Source: a virus | Virus record (IMG/VR): IMGVR_UViG_3300024999_000086 | Span: 8,109-72,108 of that record | Reading direction: 5' to 3' (one strand) | Length of the DNA: 64,000 nucleotides | Part shown: positions 19,151-29,223 of the stretch, in pieces | Numbering within the stretch: position 1 is the first letter of the stretch | Layout of the letters: each line of letters starts with the position of its first letter | Made by a program: the position numbers and the translations under genes | The notes under the pieces: model-generated | Told to the model about the DNA's origin: nothing | Seen by the model: only the letters and a program-made list of their open reading frames with translations | Databases searched by the model: none

Positions 19151-19453
19151 ATGGCAGATTCGATTGAAGAAAGAGTGGTCCCTATATCTCTCCGGGTTGC
19201 GGCGGTGGTTATTTTGTTTCTCCTGGGGATTTCTGGAGCGGTGATGACATGGGCAATCAGTATCAGATCAACCGTTGACCAGAACTGCCACGATATTTCA
19301 AGGCTCGAAACAAAGGCAGCTGAGATAGACGCGATGAAAACCGGAGTGGCGGTAATAGCCTCAGAACTTGGATATATCAAAGGGTCACTGTCCAGAATCG
19401 AGCGGGCTATTGACCGGAACGAACAAAGCCGGCAGGGGGATAATAAGGAATGA
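19151..19453 (+). CDS. Single-TM coiled-coil protein (holin/XhlA-like)
   Basis: One TM helix followed by a coiled coil ending LSRIERAID. Confidence 0.5.
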   Translation: MADSIEERVVPISLRVAAVVILFLLGISGAVMTWAISIRSTVDQNCHDISRLETKAAEIDAMKTGVAVIASELGYIKGSLSRIERAIDRNEQSRQGDNKE

Positions 19454-19715
19454 GCATCCTGATGTCGATACTTGCCTTTGTGGCCGTGTGGGTCTTGTCA
19501 GCGGTTGCGCATGAAGCTGACATGGCGCGGAACTTTAAAAAGACCGGCGATGCTAAGGCATGGTTCTTTGAAATAAAGGGAAGGCGATGACCACCCTGAC
19601 AAAACAATACCTTGCTCTGTCCGCTGCTGTCCTTGGTTTTCTAGCCGCTTTTGTGGTGGCCTGGAACATGGAGGAATGGGTGCCGGAATGGGTGTTTCGG
19701 GTGGTTGGGGTGTAG
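19450..19715 (+). CDS. Two tiny TM proteins (19450-19590, 46 aa; 19587-19715, 42 aa)
   Basis: Translated by eye; ATGA-coupled chain; each has one hydrophobic helix. Confidence 0.45.
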
Positions 19716-19716
19716 A

Positions 19717-19923
19717 GTGAAGTTCATTCTCTCTGCCGGTCCATCCTGCACCGGATGTCGCACATGCGAAAAATGGCTGCCTGGATTCATCGGATTGCAC
19801 AATGGTAGGCAGCGGATAACAGAGCACTGGATGAACAAGGCCAGCGTAGCCCTGGCAATTGACAGGGCAGCCCGTAACTGCCCCACTGATTCAATAATCC
19901 TGGAGACGTTGGATGTCTTATAA
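19717..19923 (+). CDS. Single-cluster ferredoxin-like protein
   Basis: GTG start; CTGCRTC followed by a distal AARNCPTDSI, i.e. the CxxCxxC...CP pattern. Confidence 0.6.
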   Translation: MKFILSAGPSCTGCRTCEKWLPGFIGLHNGRQRITEHWMNKASVALAIDRAARNCPTDSIILETLDVL

Positions 19924-20287
19924 TAAGAATATTGTCGAGATCTGCCGGCTGATGTCGGAAGGCGTCGTGGTGTCACGTGAAGACTTCCAACTCGCCGTCT
20001 AGGCCACTGGTCTGTCCTCACGGGACATCTGTCGGGCGGAACTGCCCTTATTGTTTTGCTGTCCTGCGGGTGGGGCAGGCCCAGGGACAGCTGACCTTTA
20101 TCGATTTTTCGAGCTTTGATCATCGGAAGCGGGCTCCACAAGGATCCGGGAATGGCTGGAGGTAGGTGGACGATGACGAAAGAAAATACCCCCATCTTGA
20201 CTCTGACGAGACTGCTGCTCTATTCCTGTTCCACCTGGGAACAATATTGCTCCGACCTCGAGTACATCAAGGACTTCAGGAGAAGAA

Positions 20288-20794
20288 ATGAATTTTCCGG
20301 AAACATTTTTATTCGCGATGGTGTTTCTTTTCAAGGAGGAAGGCGGGACTAACGCCGACCCTCTGGACCGCGGGGGCTTCACAAACTTCGGTCTTTCACA
20401 GAAACAGTATCCGAACCTTGACCTGAAGAATATCACCCGGGAACAGGCCCTCGAGATCTACTACCTCGACTACTGGATCAGCCAGAAGTGCCACATGTTC
20501 TTGTCACCGATCGCTGTAGCGCTGTTTGATTCCTCAGTGAACTGTGGCCCGGGGACCGCGGCGAAGTGGCTGCAGAAGTCAATCAACCAAGGGAACAACT
20601 TCCTCACCGTCGACGGGGTCATCGGCCCCAAGACGATCCTGGCATCGACCGGCCCCCCGCCGTACAGAGTGGCCGGGGGGCTGATCGGTTATCGAGTGAG
20701 TCACTATGCGGATCTTCTTGACCGGTATCCTGAGCAAGTGCGGTTTATCAAAGGGTGGAACCGCCGGGCTGGCCGGCTGTTGAATTATATTTGA
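20288..20794 (+). CDS. Endolysin, glycoside hydrolase family 108 with peptidoglycan-binding C-terminus
   Basis: EGG..DPLDRGGFTNFG, FDSSVNCG, VDGVIGPKT and FIKGWNRR motifs. Confidence 0.9.
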   Translation: MNFPETFLFAMVFLFKEEGGTNADPLDRGGFTNFGLSQKQYPNLDLKNITREQALEIYYLDYWISQKCHMFLSPIAVALFDSSVNCGPGTAAKWLQKSINQGNNFLTVDGVIGPKTILASTGPPPYRVAGGLIGYRVSHYADLLDRYPEQVRFIKGWNRRAGRLLNYI

Positions 20795-22010
20795 GGCAGC
20801 TTGCCCGACTGCCGGATCTCGTTGGCTTTCTTCTTGGCCCGCTTGTAGATCCTGCGGCCCTCGCTGGCGACAATCTGCAACGTCCGAGGATGCCTGAACC
20901 TCTTGGGGTCGTCGACGTTGACGTTGACGTCTCTGAGAGCCTTACGCAGTTTCTTGCTCGATTTTCCGCTCACTTTTTGGCCTCCTGCATCGCTTTCAGA
21001 ATTTTAGCCATCTCCCCAGCCTTCTTCAACCGGGCCTGATTGAACGCCGACGTTATCATAAAGGTGCAGATATAGAGCCAAGCCGGAACCAGGAAAAACA
21101 GCCCGAGAACGACCCCGACAAAATCAAACCATGCCATACATCTGCCTCTCATATTTTGTTGGTTCAGGGATCCGCTTCAGGACGTGATCCCGAGGTTTAC
21201 CGCCAAGACTTCCCCAGTCTGACCGGGCTTCCAGCCCCCCGGCCTGGACCTTCATACTGTTCTCGACCAGTTTGCCGACGACCCACGTCCGCGGGCTGCC
21301 AGCGCCGTGCTTGTTGACCCTCTTGGAGAATGCCTGAACAGTGATCTTCAGCTTCTCAGCGCAGAAGGCATAGGTCTGGGTGCCCCACTCAGGGGTCTGG
21401 ATCTTCCGAGAAATAACCGGATCCTTGGCGCTGTGCTTCCTGAGCTTGACGTACCGGTCCCAGAGTGGCCGGCCGTCGGATACCCAGCGACACATTACCG
21501 GGCCGGTGACGCCGACGATATCCGCGGCTGCTTGCCTTGTCGTCTCGCCCGACCTTATTTGGTCCTCGAGGTCGTCAAGGAGTTCTTTTGTCAGTCTTCT
21601 ATTCAATCTCATATGTTCTCCACCGGGGTTGCTTCCTCAACTATACAGCTTGTCAAAATAATTTTGCCAAACTCTCCTGTAGCAGCATCACAAACAGCAA
21701 TAAACCCCCACCGTTTTTCTCTAGACAAACGGACCCCTGTTGAATACCTGGCAATTTCACCAGTTATTTCGATTGTCCCCAGAAGAATTTCTCCGCCAAG
21801 AGCCACACGAGCGGTGTCAGCTATGCTCAAATCGAATCGCCAGAGTCCACCATCTTTTGAGTTCATCGCAAAACTCAAATTCCCAGAGACAGCAATTTGG
21901 TCACCGATACAAATACGATTCAGGGCAACAAGATTTTCCCTCACTACAGCCAGAACGTCCTTTGGCCAATTTTTCTCCACTGAAAACTCAGGTTTCTCTT
22001 TTCTCATCAC
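20785..22010 (-). CDS. Four hypothetical ORFs (20785-20973, 20970-21137, 21124-21612 possible HTH protein, 21609-22010)
   Basis: Overlapping stop/start chain; 21124-21612 has HTH-like segments (TRQAAADIVGVT, YAFCAEKLKIT). Confidence 0.5.
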
Positions 22011-22016
22011 CCCTCC

Positions 22017-22634
22017 TCACATCATCAAGGTTGCGTTCGCGATCCGATCCACCAATTGGAAATCGTACCGCCGGTCAGCACAGTTGGTAATCTCTTCTTC
22101 GTGGCTCACGATCAGGAACTGCAAGTCGAACTCTTTCGACAGCATGCGCAGCATCTCTGCCGCTGCCGGCTGGAGGTCTTCAGACAGGTGTCGGAAAGGC
22201 TCATCCAGCAGGATGAACGGTGCCGTTGCTGACAACAGCCAGTAGCTGATCCGCAGGGTGAAGGAGGCGACGTCGGCAGCCCCGTGGCCGGCACTCTCCA
22301 AAGGGTCGTAGTCCTCGCCGCCGCGGGAGAATAGCAGGTCGCACTCCGTCGAGTTCCTGCGCTCGACGAACTCAACCTTGAACTCGTAAGGGTCCGGGAA
22401 GATCAGCGACATCGCTTGGGTGACGATGTTTGAGATCTTGTACTTGAGCTGCTCCTGAGTCATTGCCACCGCCCGCTGGATCAGGGCTCGGCAATCAATC
22501 GTGAGCATCAGGTGTCCCTGAGCGTCCGCGAGCCTCTCATCACAGCTTTTCAACTGCTGATTGAGATCCTCAATCTTCCAGAGCTTCTTGTCGATCTTCT
22601 CCTTGAACTCGGCGAGCTTAGAGGAGTGCGGCAT
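22017..22634 (-). CDS. Rad50/SbcC-like ATPase, C-terminal half (signature + Walker B)
   Basis: Coiled coil followed by 'GHGAADVASFTLR', 'FILLDEPF' and 'FLIVSH'. Confidence 0.8.
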   Translation of the reverse strand: MPHSSKLAEFKEKIDKKLWKIEDLNQQLKSCDERLADAQGHLMLTIDCRALIQRAVAMTQEQLKYKISNIVTQAMSLIFPDPYEFKVEFVERRNSTECDLLFSRGGEDYDPLESAGHGAADVASFTLRISYWLLSATAPFILLDEPFRHLSEDLQPAAAEMLRMLSKEFDLQFLIVSHEEEITNCADRRYDFQLVDRIANATLMM

Positions 22635-22854
22635 AGCGGGTCTCCAAGTCCTTAACGGCGGAGTCGATCTCGACGTCGAGCTTGTCCAGTTCCTTGTCCA
22701 TTTTCTCAATAGCCTTGTCGGCCTCAGGCACAGTGTCATAGCCCAACGTCTTCAACTGATCAAACGCTGACTCCAACTGGCCCTCGACCTTGGCCTTCTC
22801 CTTCTGCTTCTCTTCCAATACCGACTTCAACTTCTTCAGTTTCTCAAGACTCAT
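22618..22854 (-). CDS. Small coiled-coil protein coupled to the Rad50 C-half
   Basis: 78 aa with a heptad pattern; AGGAG RBS. Confidence 0.6.
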   Translation of the reverse strand: MSLEKLKKLKSVLEEKQKEKAKVEGQLESAFDQLKTLGYDTVPEADKAIEKMDKELDKLDVEIDSAVKDLETRYAALL

Positions 22855-22880
22855 TTAACCGCTCCTTTTAGTACTCAAAC

Positions 22881-24489
22881 TTAGTCTATTGATCTATTCC
22901 AGATAGCATCATCAATCCAAATTCCGACCTTTAAAGCTTTCTTGATCTTCTTTGTTACTTTATCAGAGGGGGGAGGAATAATAAGCAATACTTCAATCTT
23001 GACGAGAGTAACGATCTCTTGTGTAGACTCAAAAGATCCCTTTATAAAAACCTTATAAGGCTCAAACTCAGTTACGCACCCATAGGCTTTATATTTTTTC
23101 ATCTCAAACCCTCCAGATTTTCAAGTAGATCTTCCAACACTCTGATCGTATCTTGCATGGCTTCTTTTGAATGTGCAGAAATAGCAGGATCAAGAGTCAT
23201 ACCGCGTAGCATATTAGCGGTACCCTGGATCAACAGAAGAGTTTCTTCCCCACATCTCTCACAGAGTATGACTGCTCCAGTTCCGCTCCTCACCGCATGA
23301 CACCTTTGACACACTATACTCATAGTTGGCTCCCTGACCACAGGCTAGGCCGGATACAATTCCGGGTTTTTAGGGACATGGCAATAATCTTTTTTGGAGC
23401 AGGCAGCACATTGCTCAGGAATATACACTGGCACATTATCGCAGGCACAATCGGGTCCTTCGCCCGATTCAGTTAATTCAAGACAATCTGCACAACAGCA
23501 CCCCTCAATCCCGCCAACATTTTGGGGATTATACTCACAGTATACACAATGCTTGGAGAGTTGACCTGAGCCTTTCTCCGTTACCGGGCACCCCGCAAAA
23601 AGTAGTGGCTCTCTTTCATAAAAATGACAATCGAATTTATTCATTTTGTTTCCCTTGATAATGGTCTGTTAAAGCGCACTCGCAATACCCTCCCATCCGT
23701 CAGGAGAATACTCCCCATCATTTCCCCATGCCCACAGCAGGAGGCATCTGTTGGAATATTCGCAGCATTGAGCGCGGCGACGATATCGGAAATGCAGATA
23801 TCAATTCCCTGGACCCTCCCGTTTAGTGGCATCGGCACTTGGCACCTGTATTCACCAACCGGGGTGCATTCAATTGGTCTCAGCCCGGAAGAGTGTGGCG
23901 GCTCGCCACACTGCCCATTATCAGTCGTATTGCACCAGTCTGCATCAACGCATTGTGCAGCTAGTTCGTCGGGACAATCTCCGACCCCACCGCATAGATA
24001 TCTTTTTTTGAGTTTTTCAATTTTACGATGGCCCCACCAAATTCCACATTTGTTGCAAATTTTTATACCGACATTGCGTACATTATCACTGCCGCATTTC
24101 GGACACTTCACCTCCACCCCTCCTTCGGAAAATGCATCAGTGTTGTCAATGGTTCCTGCGTCTGGATTCATTACCATCCTATCCCCCTCCCTAGCTGTTA
24201 ATGCTTCTGTCCCATGAAACCACACTGGAACGTTATCATAACCTAATATTTTCAACCTTCTATTGATGCAAGAAATACAAAGAATACCACACTCGTCGTC
24301 ACTTTCTGTTGGCTTAATTTTATTCCAGATATCATCGGCAACAACAGCTTCTATCCATGAATCGCTACCATAGACCATCCCGCAGTCATTACAATGTGTA
24401 TGTCCCATCTCGATAGTCGGGTCAATCACCATCCTTCGCAGCAGGAGGGCCACCCTATCAAGCAGCGCATAAAGTTCTTCAGTGTTCAT
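22881..24489 (-). CDS. Hypothetical ORFs (22881-23102, 23099-23341, 23345-23644, 23641-24489), mostly Cys-rich
   Basis: ATGA-coupled chain with several CxxC motifs; lower GC. Confidence 0.5.
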
Positions 24490-24499
24490 TTCAACTCTC

Positions 24500-24841
24500 C
24501 TATGATCCATAATCAATGGCGACGATCTTGCCATTTAACACTCCAAAACTGTCTCGCTTCATCTCGGCCGGTACCACATACTCACCACGTTCGCACCAGT
24601 CTTCTGGCACCTCACCCCACTCCTCGTCCGTCAGTGGCTGTGCCGTGCTCATCACAACAAGCCAGCCACCAGGGAGCGAGAACAACACCGGGCAAAGCTC
24701 AGGCCATCGGGTTGTCCAGAATAGTCGCTCCTGCATGTTCCCAAGCAGCCCCCACAAGAATGTCTGCCACGAGTGCATACTTGGGATCTTGAGAGCATAA
24801 CTGCCGACAAGAAAAACAATCCTAGTAGCCCCGGTTTTCAT
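24500..24841 (-). CDS. Small kinase-fold-like hypothetical protein
   Basis: 'GATRIVF..YALKIP' and 'FGVLNGKIVAIDYG' resemble kinase subdomains I-II and VII. Confidence 0.4.
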   Translation of the reverse strand: MKTGATRIVFLVGSYALKIPSMHSWQTFLWGLLGNMQERLFWTTRWPELCPVLFSLPGGWLVVMSTAQPLTDEEWGEVPEDWCERGEYVVPAEMKRDSFGVLNGKIVAIDYGS

Positions 24842-24843
24842 TA

Positions 24844-25773
24844 CTATCTCAAACCCTCCAGATTTTTTCGTGCCGTGGTTAATACTTCTCTTGTCATCGC
24901 CGCCAGCTTGACGTCGGCAACTTCTTCAACGACACCGTCAAGGATCTTGAAGAAGTCAGGCCGGTCTTCTTTCCTGGCCATGGCGTCTCGCAAGCCGTTG
25001 GTGCTGACGGAGATCTCGTGCTGGGCCTGTTTCTCCAGCCTCTCGTCGTTCCAGACGTCGCTCTTGACGTCAAGATAAAGGGGTGAGATCTCCGCGGTGT
25101 CGGTGTCGATCAAATATACCCGAGGCTGATAATCCCTTTTGTCAATGCTGGCCCGAAGCATGGGCCCGGGGTTAACCAGAAAGGCACCGTCACGCTCGGC
25201 GATGAACGGTTCGTGATAGTCACCGGAAAGCACAAGGTCAAAGTTATACAAAGTCTCCAACGTCTTCTGTGCCGGCGTGGCGTCCTTCAGGAAAAACGGC
25301 GGCTCCCCAGGGGTGATTGTCCTGTGCAAGAGGAGGACGTCGACGATGTTGTCAGTCTTCTCCATGGGCATGGGGATGTCCTGACCCCAGCCGGCGCCGT
25401 AGAATCGGACGTTGCCGATACTGATGCCCAGGGCGCCGGGCACTTCAATGCCTCCACCGACGAGCAGCGTGTAATACGGCGAGGTCTGCAGATTCAAGTT
25501 GTGGTAGGTCATATCGTGCTGCCCGTGACAGGCCAGGACCCGGACCTTCAACAACCTGATCATCTGCAGGACCTTGTTTGTCAATTGGTACGGGATCTTC
25601 GACAATTTCGACGTATCCCAGAGGTCCCCAGAGACGGTGAGGACCGCGTCGTGTTCCTTGACCAGAGCGAGGATCTGGCTGAACTTGTCGAGCACGGTAG
25701 CCTCGTAGTCGTCGATCCGATTAACCGGCCGAGCAGTCGTCATGTGGAAGTCGGCGCCAGCTATGATTTTCAT
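24844..25773 (-). CDS. Mre11/SbcD-like metallophosphoesterase nuclease
   Basis: ADFH, GDLWD, GQHD, SGDYH and NPG motifs. Confidence 0.88.
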   Translation of the reverse strand: MKIIAGADFHMTTARPVNRIDDYEATVLDKFSQILALVKEHDAVLTVSGDLWDTSKLSKIPYQLTNKVLQMIRLLKVRVLACHGQHDMTYHNLNLQTSPYYTLLVGGGIEVPGALGISIGNVRFYGAGWGQDIPMPMEKTDNIVDVLLLHRTITPGEPPFFLKDATPAQKTLETLYNFDLVLSGDYHEPFIAERDGAFLVNPGPMLRASIDKRDYQPRVYLIDTDTAEISPLYLDVKSDVWNDERLEKQAQHEISVSTNGLRDAMARKEDRPDFFKILDGVVEEVADVKLAAMTREVLTTARKNLEGLR

Positions 25774-25967
25774 ATCAGCCCCTTTTTCTCCGCCAGCCAT
25801 TCCGGAATCACCAGTATCAGAGTTCCCTCAGGAGTATACTCGGTCTCGTCGTCGATCTGTGACTTGGGGATCCAGTAATCAGTCTCGTCATCGTCGGTGA
25901 TGCAGATCGCCAAATCCGTCTCGGCCACCTGCCGGCAATAAATATCAACCATCTTAACGTCGGTCAT
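25770..25967 (-). CDS. Small conserved phage protein
   Basis: 'ETDLAI...WIPKSQI...IPEWLAEKKGL' motif. Confidence 0.6.
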   Translation of the reverse strand: MTDVKMVDIYCRQVAETDLAICITDDDETDYWIPKSQIDDETEYTPEGTLILVIPEWLAEKKGLI

Positions 25968-26254
25968 ATCACCCCCCGATTTTTCATTGAGGGTGCCAGC
26001 CGCGCTTTCTTGATCACCCGCTTCAGGACAAGGTAACCGATAAGGTCAAGTTCGGTATCATCGCCTTGGTACTCGTTGCCTTTGGCAATGCGACTGAGCT
26101 TGTCGTCGATCCGAATATTGATCTGTTCCAAAGGGTCGGCCTTGGAGAATATCCTGACCGGCTCGGCCGCGGAATTTCCGTATGCCTGATTCTTCGCCAG
26201 AAGGAAATCCTTCAGGGCCTCACACTCCTGCTCGATCAGTTCTTGCATGTTCAT
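25964..26254 (-). CDS. Nucleotide-modification-associated domain 1 (DUF1599-like) protein
   Basis: KNQAYGNS, IRIDDKLSRI and DTELDLIGY motifs. Confidence 0.75.
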   Translation of the reverse strand: MNMQELIEQECEALKDFLLAKNQAYGNSAAEPVRIFSKADPLEQINIRIDDKLSRIAKGNEYQGDDTELDLIGYLVLKRVIKKARLAPSMKNRGVI

Positions 26255-27438
26255 CAACAGCACTCCTCAGTAAATTTGTTTCCACACACCGGGCAGACGC
26301 CGAGGTTGACTTTAAGGTCCTCATAGGCCTCTTCAGCATCGACCAGGGCAAGCTCGGCCGCCTTCAGTTTGCCCTGCCATTTATCAACCGCGACCAAGGC
26401 GCCACGCAGGGTAGACCTACCGGCGATCAGGTCACGCCTCTTAATCTCAAAGCCCTCAACGTCTGGCATAGCGTCGACGTCGGGCAGGACGTCGAGTTTC
26501 TCCTGAAGTTGAACTATGCGTTGACGTATCTCAACAAGGTTCTTTCGAGTCAGCCCCGTTGCGACACGAGTGTCGCACAGGTCAATCCCGACCTCGACGT
26601 CGGAGATGCTGATCTCCGGAAAGAGCCTCAAGGTGTCCTGCAGAGTCGTGACCTTCTCTGCCGCGGCAACTAAAGCGTTTCCCCGGGTGAAGAAATCGTC
26701 ACGACGTTGCTGCCGGGTGATGACTTCCTCGATCTGTGTCAATCCTGACATATCCGGAAACTGGTTAAGCTTGGTGCTGATATCAGTGATGTCGTCCATA
26801 ACGCTGAGAAGCTGCCCTTTAGCTGAAAAAACCTTGCTATATGCCTCCTGCAGGCCAACCCCCTGGTCAACCAGTTCTTTCGCTTCAGGGACCCAGGTCA
26901 GGCCCTCCAGTTGGTCCTTGATCCCAACGACCGACGTCTTGATGACGTTGACGTCGCCGTCGGCGTCTCGCACAAGAGCGTTTACGGTCTTTAACGACTC
27001 ATCCATGATACTCAGGTCAGCGACCTCGTTCAGCCGCTTGGCCACGTTTCCCCCAGTTTCATCCAGAAGAAAATAGTGATGCAGCTGCCACTGGCAGTTG
27101 TCCAGAGTGACCCCGTGAAACTTACTGACCTCGGCCGGGACGTCGGTCTTCAGCGCCTTGAAGACGTCACCGTTGAGCTGGTACTGGTTCACCTTTGGAC
27201 CTCGCTCCCGAATCAAGACGTCGCCGGTGTCGTAGGTCAGAGTCACCCGCGTCGTGCCCTTGCGGTCCAGCATAAAGTTCCCTTTGGGCGCCCGGTTGAA
27301 GAACACCCACCGCAACGCCCGGACCAACGACGACTTCCCGGAGTCGCTCGACCCGGTGATCAGGGTGATCGCGTCAAGTTCAATCTCAGTGTGCCGGTGC
27401 GCTTGAAAGTTCTCAAGCAGGATCTTGGTGAGTTTCAT
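26254..27438 (-). CDS. Rad50/SbcC-like ATPase, N-terminal half (Walker A, coiled coil, CxxC hook)
   Basis: LENFQAH and GSSDSGKSSLVRAL motifs; ends in CPVCG. Confidence 0.85.
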   Translation of the reverse strand: MKLTKILLENFQAHRHTEIELDAITLITGSSDSGKSSLVRALRWVFFNRAPKGNFMLDRKGTTRVTLTYDTGDVLIRERGPKVNQYQLNGDVFKALKTDVPAEVSKFHGVTLDNCQWQLHHYFLLDETGGNVAKRLNEVADLSIMDESLKTVNALVRDADGDVNVIKTSVVGIKDQLEGLTWVPEAKELVDQGVGLQEAYSKVFSAKGQLLSVMDDITDISTKLNQFPDMSGLTQIEEVITRQQRRDDFFTRGNALVAAAEKVTTLQDTLRLFPEISISDVEVGIDLCDTRVATGLTRKNLVEIRQRIVQLQEKLDVLPDVDAMPDVEGFEIKRRDLIAGRSTLRGALVAVDKWQGKLKAAELALVDAEEAYEDLKVNLGVCPVCGNKFTEECC

Positions 27439-27447
27439 TTGGAGGCC

Positions 27448-27843
27448 TCATTTAATACTTTCTATGTACAGTTCAGCTCTAGGGGCTTCTTTATCCACGC
27501 CACCAAACCGATAAACAACTTCGCTAATAATTTTCATATTATCATCCTTAATGAGACCAAGTTCAACAAGAGCATCATCTGTAAATTTTTGGATAATAGA
27601 GCCCACATTGCCAAGATCAAACGCTCTACCAGTGGGAGGAAATATTGTGTAAATAAACCGAAATGGTGGGACAGGAGGATCGCCCCCAGGTAGCGCCCGC
27701 CGGACATGTTCTAACATCTCTTTCTTCGCAGCATTGAGTGTAAAATGATAAGAATTTCTGTAGATATTAAGATTGAGGATAATCTTCTTGTCCTCCCTCG
27801 TTTTCCTGGGGATCATTACTTCAAGGGGCAGTATAAGTTTCAT
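27448..27843 (-). CDS. RusA-like Holliday junction resolvase
   Basis: 'FDLGNV...KFTDDALVELGLIKDDN...PRAELYI' motif. Confidence 0.75.
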   Translation of the reverse strand: MKLILPLEVMIPRKTREDKKIILNLNIYRNSYHFTLNAAKKEMLEHVRRALPGGDPPVPPFRFIYTIFPPTGRAFDLGNVGSIIQKFTDDALVELGLIKDDNMKIISEVVYRFGGVDKEAPRAELYIESIK

Positions 27844-28408
27844 CTATCACCTCATACTCCATAGTGGTTTTATTAAATTTTAACACACCCATCTGCAATA
27901 AACGTTTCACACACTTTTCCAATGACCCATGAGATATATTATGTTCTCTTACACTAGTAATTACTAGATTATCTGGATCATTACTCTGCATATCACAATC
28001 AATGTGATGAATAAGTTCCGTTGGCAAAAGATATCTACCTATAACTTTCTCCATCACCAACCTGTGTTGTGCTACAAAACCCTTTCTTGCGTGTGGGTGA
28101 TCCGGAGCATACTCCAAGAGATGCCCTCCGTTTTTACCTCTCTTTGGTTTCACGCCCCCAGCCCATTTATAGTTCAATTCTCCAGTTCTACCAATTTTCC
28201 TGCATTCGGAACTGCAGTATCTTTTTTTATACTTCTTACCCGGCCCCTGCCGATATTTGAGTATCTCTTTCCCACAGGTTGCACAGTTTGTTTTTATGAA
28301 GTATTGATTACGCGATTTGCCCCGGTAAGGCATTCTTATTTTATAAATGTTATCTCGTACATGGGTTAACACACCCAAAGGGACTATAGATGGCTTTCCT
28401 GGAGGCAT
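27821..28408 (-). CDS. HNH homing endonuclease
   Basis: CATC..YCSSEC Zn motif; 'HRLVMEKVIGRYL..EL.HHID....NDPDNL'; low GC. Confidence 0.85.
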   Translation of the reverse strand: MPPGKPSIVPLGVLTHVRDNIYKIRMPYRGKSRNQYFIKTNCATCGKEILKYRQGPGKKYKKRYCSSECRKIGRTGELNYKWAGGVKPKRGKNGGHLLEYAPDHPHARKGFVAQHRLVMEKVIGRYLLPTELIHHIDCDMQSNDPDNLVITSVREHNISHGSLEKCVKRLLQMGVLKFNKTTMEYEVIDETYTAP

Positions 28409-28409
28409 G

Positions 28410-28481
28410 CTATTTACCCCACTGGGTGAGAAGCCTAGCAAGGCAGCCGCTGATGCCCGGGTCAATCGCGAGAATAATCAT
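28410..28481 (-). pseudogene. N-terminal remnant of a RuvC-like resolvase (23 aa)
   Basis: MIILAIDPGISGCLARLLTQWGK*; ATGA-coupled to the upstream ORF; matches the RuvC 'hhhGIDPGxxG' start. Confidence 0.6.
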
Positions 28482-28681
28482 AGCTCGCCCTCCGGCATGT
28501 AGGTCGTCAGCATCTTGACCGAGGCCCTAATGGCGTGAGGTTTCTGTCCGATCGTCTCGACAATTGTATACTCAAACTGGACGTTGTCGATCCTGACGCT
28601 GTACTCGTTGAAGATCTCCTTGGCGAGTTCGTGCAGTTTCTTGTTGATAACTGCTTCTACCGACGTTGGCGTTGTTGTCAT
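28478..28681 (-). CDS. Hypothetical protein
   Basis: GAGGAG RBS; coupled to both neighbours. Confidence 0.55.
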   Translation of the reverse strand: MTTTPTSVEAVINKKLHELAKEIFNEYSVRIDNVQFEYTIVETIGQKPHAIRASVKMLTTYMPEGEL

Positions 28682-29223
28682 GGGGTCTCCTCAAGGGTTA
28701 CATGTTTCCAGTTTCTGCCTGTACTGATTTGGGTTATAGTTGTTTTCTTAACTCTATACTTTTCTGACAATTGTTTATGAGAAAATTCGCCGGTGATTAA
28801 CTGTTTTTTTATTTCAACAACTTGTTTATGTGTTAATTTAATATTTCCTTTTTTTAATACTCTAACAGAATGAATTCTGTTCTCTTCTGAAGTTACCCAC
28901 TCTAAATTAGTTACATGATTATTTAGCTTATCTCCGTCGATATGATTAACTTCTCTACAACAATTTTGATTTAATAAAAATAACTGGGCAACAAGTCTAT
29001 GAATCCTGAACATCTGAGTGATGTTGTTTTTGCTAAGGTTAACAAATGCATATCCTGAGCCATTTACTCCTGGTGCAAGTATTTGGCCTTTTTGAACTCT
29101 CTCATACTTGGTCCCTTTGCAGCTTGTAAACTCAACAGATCGAAGCAAAGACTGGACTGTGCCATAATTGCTTACTTGATACCAACCCTCGTATCCAGGA
29201 ATGTCTTTCCACTCTTCAACCAT
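28678..29223 (-). CDS. NUMOD4-HNH homing endonuclease
   Basis: EEWKDIPGYEGWYQVSNYG, HRLVA and VNHIDGDKLNNHVTNLEW motifs; low GC; directly downstream of polA. Confidence 0.9.
   Translation of the reverse strand: MVEEWKDIPGYEGWYQVSNYGTVQSLLRSVEFTSCKGTKYERVQKGQILAPGVNGSGYAFVNLSKNNITQMFRIHRLVAQLFLLNQNCCREVNHIDGDKLNNHVTNLEWVTSEENRIHSVRVLKKGNIKLTHKQVVEIKKQLITGEFSHKQLSEKYRVKKTTITQISTGRNWKHVTLEETP

Noticed and set aside
21307-22245. Long plus-strand ORFs within the minus-strand arm (also 31088-31942, 34961-35731, 40606-41730)
   Set aside because: They overlap well-supported minus-strand genes and have no recognisable motifs; typical GC-rich antisense frames.
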